A stretch of 64,000 bases of DNA from Eledone cirrhosa (Eukaryota), in NCBI GenBank assembly GCA_964016885.1, contig OZ024741.1:167710001-167774000 (forward strand), read 5' to 3'. The position numbers and the translations under genes were made by a program. The number at the start of each line of letters is the position of its first letter. The stretch's first letter is position 1. The notes under the pieces were generated by a model that was not told the origin of the DNA, searched no databases, and worked only from the letters and a program-made list of their open reading frames with translations. Of this stretch, positions 52,540 to 64,000 are shown piece by piece.

Positions 52540-52830
52540 CAGGGCCAGATTTAATGGGGGTCAAAGGGGGCAATTGCCCTGGGCCCACCGCATTGTGGGG
52601 CTTCACAAGTGACAGCCATAGCAATTTGTGCCCTCAGCTGGGCTTTTTAGTATGGTTAGAATTTTTGAATTTAATACCTGTATGTATAACTTTTCAATTT
52701 CAATTACTTGCGCCAAGCTAACTTTGATATGCAAAATTGGGGGTTTGCTGTGTATTCTAATTTTTTGATGTATGAGGAGCCCCCCAAACCTGAAGTGTCC
52801 CGAGATCTCCAAGGTCTAAATATAACCCTG
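52540..52830. mobile_element. hAT-type MITE
   Basis: CAGGGCCAGATTTA / TAAATATAACCCTG ends; 8-bp flanks ACTGAGAT / GCTGGGAT (6 of 8 match). Confidence 0.65.
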
Positions 52831-53536
52831 GCTGGGATCAGTTTAATTGACTAATCTCACCCCAAAATATTTTACCTTGTGACATTTGTAAAGGATCCCA
52901 TAAAGCCAGAAATTTTGGGAAGGGATTAGAAAATTAAACTGATATATTTTGGTATATAGGTTTATAGCTGTGGTTAACTTTGTAAATTCATTTCCCATTT
53001 CAATGTTGAAACAATATCAAGTATAACTTAAAATGGTACACACAAATTCACACGCACACACAAATTCGGATGCATACACCCCCCCCCCACACCCCCCCAC
53101 ACACACACACACTCTCTCTCTCTCTCAGTCAGTGCTAAACAGTATAATAATTGTTACTTTTAGCTCTTCAATTGTATGAATTGTATACAAATGTATACAT
53201 TTTAAAATAATACATGAAAAAAAAAATCTATCTTCTAATATATAATACATTCTCATGCACATGCACATATGTTTGTATGTGTGCATATATATATATATAT
53301 AATATATTATTTATTTATGTTCATACACAACAAAAAGCGCTACCTAAGGTTTCAAGGTCCATTTATGGCCATCTCCCCAGATTGTGCACGGTAGTGCAGA
53401 GTGGAAGAATGATCAAGTTTGTGACTGTAGTCATCAGGCTCTTGGACAAGTTGAACATAAATAAATAAATAATATAATATATCAGCTCTCACACCAGATT
53501 GAGCACTGTTTTCCTTTTTCACATCCACTGATATTT

Positions 53537-53574
<38 letters not shown>

Positions 53575-53596
53575 TATATATATATATATATATATA

Positions 53597-53635
<39 letters not shown>

Positions 53636-53640
53636 TATCC

Positions 53641-54047
53641 TTTGGGAAGGCCATGCTGCCATACCTGTTGGTTTTCATTTTAATCTATTATAAACTTCCA
53701 GTTAGTTAGTTTAATAACCGGACGGTTGTTTATTGTCAAAGCTCTTTAATCACACATTCTATGACCTCCTCAGTGGCTAATTTGTTATTTTGTGTCTCAC
53801 CTTTGTTCAGTCCTACACCATCTTGTTTTGTAGGATGTATGCTTATAGCTTGTAAAAACAAGATGGTGTAGGATAGAACAAAGAATCACAAAATAACAAA
53901 GGGAGCCACTGAAAAGGTCACAGAATGTGTGACAAAAGAGCTTTGACAATGAACAAATAAACAACCATCTGGTTATGAAACTAACCAACTGGAAGTTTAT
54001 AATAAATTGAAATGAAAACCAACAGGTGCATGTATGACCCTCCCAAA
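53641..54047. repeat. About 400-bp foldback with roughly 190-bp arms; decayed hammerhead-like motif in each arm
   Basis: Arms are reverse complementary around 53830-53855; the minus arm reads AGCCA-CTGAGGA-GGTCATA..TGTGATT-AAAG AGCT T TGAC. Confidence 0.85.
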
Positions 54048-54122
54048 CTATAACAATATCTGTTTCAACACATGTTTTCAGATAAGAAATTTTGCAAAAC
54101 AAATACAAAAATGAAGTGTATG

Positions 54123-54195
<73 letters not shown>

Positions 54196-54818
54196 ATTCA
54201 TGATGCTGTCTCATTCCATAATAATTGGCTATAATAGCTAGAAAGCTGGTCTCATAAATTTCATACGTAAATCAAAAAAGCAAAATTAAGTAAAAATAAA
54301 CAGTTCTAAAAAATGCTACGATTAAGTGGAATAAAATAATCAATATTTCCATTACGGATATATCTTATGACCAATGAGAATCTGTGTGCATGAGAGGGCA
54401 AACAAATCAGAGGCTAAACAGATAAGAAATAGCCATAGAAAAGTTAAACAAAACAAATAACAGCAACAACAAAAAAAATGCTATGAAATGGTGTCTTCTG
54501 TCAAATAAAATCTTGACTGTTTTTATTAATGAAGCAGTAATAATACATTCATAATCTCCACCACCACCACCACCACCACCTCAAAACAGAAGTGTGATAT
54601 AATCATTTGGGTATATATGCTAGCATGGATAAGCAGTTGTTAAACAATGCTGGTTATATATATATATATTATATTATTTATTCATCTTCGTAATTATATA
54701 TATATATAGTTTATGTTCATAATTATATTTATATATATAAAACAAAGAGGGTGTGGTAAGATACCAGGTTGACCATAATGCACCAGAGTACTCAATACTT
54801 GGGTTAGTAGAGTGGGTA

Positions 54819-54937
54819 ATATATGAAAAGAGTCAGGATACCGACGGCTGAGCTCTCGCTGTTTCGACAGCTAGATCCAAACTGTTCGGATCTAGCTGTT
54901 GAAACAGCCAGAGCTCAGCTGTCGGGGTCCTGACTCT

Positions 54938-54947
<10 letters not shown>
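54819..54947. repeat. Hairpin of two outward half-hammerheads; family of 11630-11788
   Basis: Right arm GAAA-CAGC cagagctca GCTG-TC-GGGGTCC; shared left flank 54752-54818; relative at 10648-10694. Confidence 0.85.
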
Positions 54948-55008
<61 letters not shown>

Positions 55009-56074
55009 GGGTGCCCCAAAAATATATATACACACTTCAACAGCATGATAATCAACGTGTGTATACAATTTTTGGGGACACCCTGCATATATATATATAT
55101 ATAGCACATGTCTGTGTTAATGAGTTCATATGACAACCACATGGTTTTGAGTATAATTTCACTAATATTAGCTTGCACTGTAGTCAAGCATCTACTTATA
55201 GCCTTGGGTTAACCAATGCTTTATGAGTGGAATTTGGTAGATGGATACTGTAGAAGCTCAATCATATCCTTGTCAACCTGAAGTTATAGTAGAAGACATT
55301 TGTCAAACTTGCTATACAGCAGGGCTGAATCCAGAACCATGTAATTGGGAAGCAAATTCCTTAGCCACACAGCCACGTATGTGTGTCTATGTGTGCAGAT
55401 GTATATATATATGTAGTGTTCGCTTAAAAAAAAAAAAAAAAACAATACATTGACTCTTGTGTAGATGATGAATTCTGGCTAAAACAAACATATTCGTTAA
55501 TGGAAGGAAATCCGAGAGCTGAGCCAAACATGTAGAAATCAAACAGAACAGTAATTAGGGGAGGCAGAAATACAAACATTTCGGAAAATGCTTGTTGAAT
55601 GAAATAGTGAGAATTTTGTTTGAAGTTTGAACTTGTACTACAGCTACTTCATAAGTTGTAATAACATCTGTTACAGTCTTAATTACTTTGTCCATTCTGC
55701 ATGATAGATGGATGGATAGATAGTTAGGTGAATATATAGACAGATAGGAAGGGGACAGAGAGATAAAGAGAGATTGATAGATAGATTGATAGGCAGGCAG
55801 ATAAATAGAGAGAGAGAGAGGTGGATTTATGAAGTTAATAGATGGATGGATAGATAAAGTGATTGGGTGACAGATGGGAAGGGGGATAGATAGAGACAGA
55901 TGGATAGATAGATTGATAGGGGGATAGAAGATTTGGCTACTATTTCTAGCAAGTAGATTCTACTTGTAGAGGCTCTCTCATTGGCTTGTTATTTGTTGAT
56001 AATGAGAGTGGTGATGGGGTAGCTCTGCTCAATTGTAACATAAAATACCAGAAATACTGTTTCAAAAGACTATT

Positions 56075-56900
56075 GATTCTGTCTTTATGAAAATTACCTT
56101 TGTCTGAATTCAAAACTGGTAATAAAATGCTTGATAAAATAAAGTACCTGTGAAGTACTGGCATTGATAAAATTGACTCCCTTTTCTCACAAGTTGTTGG
56201 CCTTGTGCCTAAATTAGAAATCAATATTATTATTATAAGGGTGGTGGATTGGCAGTATAGAGTTACGGCCCTTTACATTCTGATTTCAAATCGCGCCAAA
56301 GTTATCTTTGCTTTTCATCCTTACGGGGTGGTTGTTATACACTGAGGTCAATTTAATCAACTTTCCCCTACCCCAAAATTGCTGGCCTTGTGCCTATATA
56401 AGAAACCATTATTATGAGAAAGGTGGATTGGCAGTATCAGTGGAGCATCAGACACCATGCTTCGCAATATAGAATTACGACCCTTTATGTTCTGAGTTCA
56501 AATTTTGCCAAGGTTAACTTTGCCTTTCATCCTTACACGGTTGATAAAATAAAGCACCAGTTATACACTGGGGTTGATTTAATCAACTTTCACCTTCCCC
56601 CAAAATTGTTGGCCTTGTGCCTAAAGTAGATATTATTATTATTATGAGAATGGGGTATTGGTAGAATTGCCAGAGCCTAAACAAAATGCTTTGTGGTATT
56701 TGTTCTGCTCCATTACATTCAAATCCCACAAAGGTTAGCTTTGCTTCTCATCATTATGGGATTGATAAAATAAAGTACCAGTTGTGCCTAGTACCAGACA
56801 AGTAGAGTTATGGCCCTTTACGTTCTGAGTTCAAATCCTGCCATGGTTAGCTTTGCTTTTCATCCTTACATTGTCGATAAAATAAAGTACTAGTAATGCA
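56075..56900 (+). mobile_element. Tandem cluster of about 5 SINE family B copies, mostly separated by (ATT)n
   Basis: Repeated TTCAAAT..GGTTA(A/G)CTTTGC.TTTCATCC..GATAAAATAAAGTACC..GGCCTTGTGCCTA units. Confidence 0.85.
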
Positions 56901-57454
56901 GCAATAGTCTCACCACTATCTTTACAAGGTGCAGCTGTGGTTTATGTGTTGAGTCAAGAGTTGACAGCTTGCTTCCTCCTTATTTCTTTCCCCTTTTAAA
57001 AAAAGATTTCCTCCATTTTTTTTTTTTTATTTAAACAACTGAATATAAATCAAAACATATACAGAGAATAATTTATCACACACTTAAGGTGAAGTGAAGC
57101 GGGTAATTGAGTGTCATAGGGAGTTTGTTGAGAATATATTAACTGCTATAATGAGCAATGTAAGGGAGTTTGTGGAGAATATATATTGGTTGTTGTAGTG
57201 AGCAATGTAAGGCAGTTTGTTGAGAATATGTTGGCTGTTACATTGAGCAATAATGTAAGCAGCCATATTGGATCTCTCTTATTGGTTGGTTCTTTGATTT
57301 AAAAAATGATTAGCTGGAAAAAATAACCCAAAATACCATCTGAAGATGGAGTTAATTAAAAGACTCCAAAAAATATCACATACAAAAATGGTTTCTTCAT
57401 TATATAGTTGTTCTTTTAATTAAAGTAGTTTAATTATTCTGTGAAGGTGTTTGG

Positions 57455-57840
57455 CCTATTGTTGACAGTATTGGACCTCATGACCATAAGGTTGTGAGTT
57501 TGATTTGCATACCAGGTGATGTATTGTGTCCGTAAGCAAGGCATTTAATGATTCTGTGAAAGCATGTGGCCTAATGGTTAGAGTGTTGAATTCACAATCA
57601 TAAAGTCATGGTTTTGTATGATCTGTTGTGTCCTTGAGCAAGACATTTTATTTCATGTTGCTCCAGTTCACTTAGCTGAAAATGAGTATCAACAGTAGCT
57701 GGGGGTTATCTGTGTGATGGACTGGTGTCCCATTCAGGGTAGAGTTTTCTATTCTCAGTCACTTAATGAAACTGGGATAAGATCCAGGCCTTGGCAACCT
57801 GTGCAAATCAGGGAAAAACAGATGTAAAACAATACCTTGA
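57455..57840 (+). mobile_element. Two older SINE family A-related copies
   Basis: TGGCCTAATGG A box, GTGTCCTTGAGCAAGACA core; other old heads at about 9360, 27240 (-), 49790 (-), 55130, 55270 (-). Confidence 0.7.
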
Positions 57841-58031
57841 TAATGCAATGATTCAGTGCTTTATGACTTGGGAGGTGGGGTTGATGGTTGTGTGAGAATG
57901 CTTGAACTTTGATAGTAGGTTAAGCACGTTGCCTGATTTATTTAACTCGATAATGCTGCTAACATCTGGACCAAATACTTTCTCTCCTTTCCTGCTTATG
58001 GTTTTTCTTTTCTTTTCTTATTCCTGTAGAT

Positions 58032-58356
58032 CAGGGCTTTTTGAGCTTTTTACTTGAAAACCCCCTTGTTAGATAATTCAATTTCTATTGCCCCCCCCCC
58101 CCCCCCCAACAAATTAATCAAGTATAAAATTACAAAACAACTAATTTTACCAATGTTGTTTAATACAACTTACATGAGAAAAGAATCGGTAAACTATGAG
58201 GCCTTCTGCTAGGTGTACGATATCTGGCAGCTAGTCTATTTGATCCAGCCATCTTGGTCCCCTGTTAAAATGGGACTAATAATTGCAACACCACTGTGGA
58301 CATTTAAACTTTTATTCACCCCTGAGGTTCTATAAGGACAATGTTGTGTAACCCTG
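58032..58356. mobile_element. Decayed hAT-Charlie-type MITE
   Basis: CAGGG...CCCTG ends with CTGTAGAT / GTGTAGAC flanks (NTNTAGAN-type target). Confidence 0.6.
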
Positions 58357-59934
58357 GTGTAGACCTTATTAATTTATAAACGTCCAGGCTGGGCATCAAC
58401 TGATTCAATGTCGCAAGTCTGGAAAAGTACTGTTAAAGGTCATTGGTACTGTCTCATTTCTCCTCACAAATTTAATATATGTATATGTATATATATATAT
58501 ATGTAGGTTGTATTTGTATATATATATTTATATATATATATATATATATTAAGTTTTTTTTTGTGTGGATATATGTATACATATACAAAGAAAGCAACCT
58601 AAAGACTGTAAAAACTAAACTCTCTAATATATGATTTTTTAGTATTTTATTTATTCATTTATTTTATCTTTTTTACATTTTTCTTTTCTATTAATAACCA
58701 TTTTTGTTCAATCTGATTGACTGCTAATGTTAAGATCAGAGAGGAATGACTTTTTTTTTCACTGATACTAAGTGTTCTTAATTAATACATTTCCAAATTT
58801 TAAATACCAATTTCATCTGTGTGTGTAAAAAAAAAAAAATCAAAATAATCTATATAATATTCAACATTTTTTAAAAGATTTATTTTGAAAATTTTTCTAA
58901 TTAAAACTATATTATCCATTTAATATTTATCGATAAATTAATAACTTTGCTGCTCTTTTTAACATTTGATCTCTGTTGTAATGACTGTAATATATCATGT
59001 AGTTCTCTGCAGTAGCAGATTAAGGCGGGGAAGTTCACTAGGCTGTAGACAGCAGTTACACAATATCTAAAGAGCCCCAATTAATTTTTTGGATACTATA
59101 CTTAATAGACAAGGGTCTTGATGAAATTTTCAACCAGGGGTTACATACAAGCTTAATTTTTCCCTGGTTCTCCATTCTACATTCACTCATAATATGTATG
59201 TAGGTGTAATTGTTTCTATATAAGAATATCTGTATGTATGTAAGGCTGACACTACAATTAAGGTCCATTAGGCAGCCTCCTATGGTGCAAACAATAGAGA
59301 GGTGCAAAACTGAACATTAAAAGATCTCAATTTATATAATTAAATTAACCTTTAGGATGCTGAAATTTTTTTAATGAATAGCTTCCATTGACACTGCATT
59401 ATGTATTAAGGGGAGATTACTCTCTTGTTGCAATTTGTCGCTGACAGCATACTGAAGATTAAGTATATAATAATTTCCTGTGACCAATAAATAAACACTA
59501 AACATCTTTGCCCCATAACAACATTGTAGAAATATTTTAAGGAGTGAAGCAGGTCATATTTAGTTATGACCTGTTACATGATTTGGCATGAGTGAGTGTT
59601 TACAGTGTTGTAGAAAATACAGATGTAATAATTTTCTTAGTGTGGTCAGAAGTGTCAAAAACGAGGTTCGCCAGCTCAGAGAATGAGGAGCATAGCTGAA
59701 AGAAGATGGTGTGCATTATAGGACTTATTGATGATACAAAATACCCAGGTGTCAGCCCCATATGTACATGATTAAGTGCATATGAGTGTGTACGTGCACT
59801 TTAGACTGTGTATCAGAATTTCATTTCAATTTGCGTCTCAGAAATTTCTTCAACTCTTTTTTATACATTAACTTTTTTAAAATATGTATTTTTCAAATTT
59901 ATAATGCTTGTGATTATTAGCACTATGCAATATG

Positions 59935-63495
<3,561 letters not shown>

Positions 63496-63608
63496 ATTAA
63501 CATGTTTTTCATCCTCTTCACTTGAATGTCTGAATTATAAATATGAAATAAACAAGATAAACTCTGATTCATGTATTTCTTATGCTGATGTTGTCTTTCA
63601 TATCTAAG

Positions 63609-63977
<369 letters not shown>

Positions 63978-64000
63978 TTCCAATCTACTATAAAACTCAT

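Overview
AT-rich eukaryotic genomic DNA. The repeat repertoire (tRNA-derived CORE-type SINEs with RTE tails, RTE/R4/Tx1 LINEs, very long (TA)n tracts) suggests an octopus or other coleoid cephalopod; this is an inference. One host gene is supported: four short + strand exons (6340-6422, 7575-7641, a 25-nt microexon at 25146-25170, and 43553-43587) splice in frame into the C-terminal part of a PTB-domain protein. The rest is mostly transposon-derived: a near-intact RTE LINE with an embedded PHD-type finger, a decayed L1/Tx1 LINE, two R4/Dong-type remnants, a Penelope RT fragment, DD34D mariner and DD37D maT transposons, a Helitron with both termini, MITEs and two SINE families. The most unusual signal is a dense set of short non-coding elements in or beside (TA)n tracts that carry type I hammerhead ribozyme motifs, often with a palindromic stem III. 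They are usually arranged head-to-head, some show terminal redundancy or circular permutation, stems covary between families, and several share a downstream ACTC..GAGT hairpin. This looks like a diversified retrozyme-like system mobilised by Penelope-like elements. All folds, alignments and repeat boundaries were read by eye, and ribozyme activity is untested. The long Y/I/M/C/V-rich ORFs are microsatellite artefacts.
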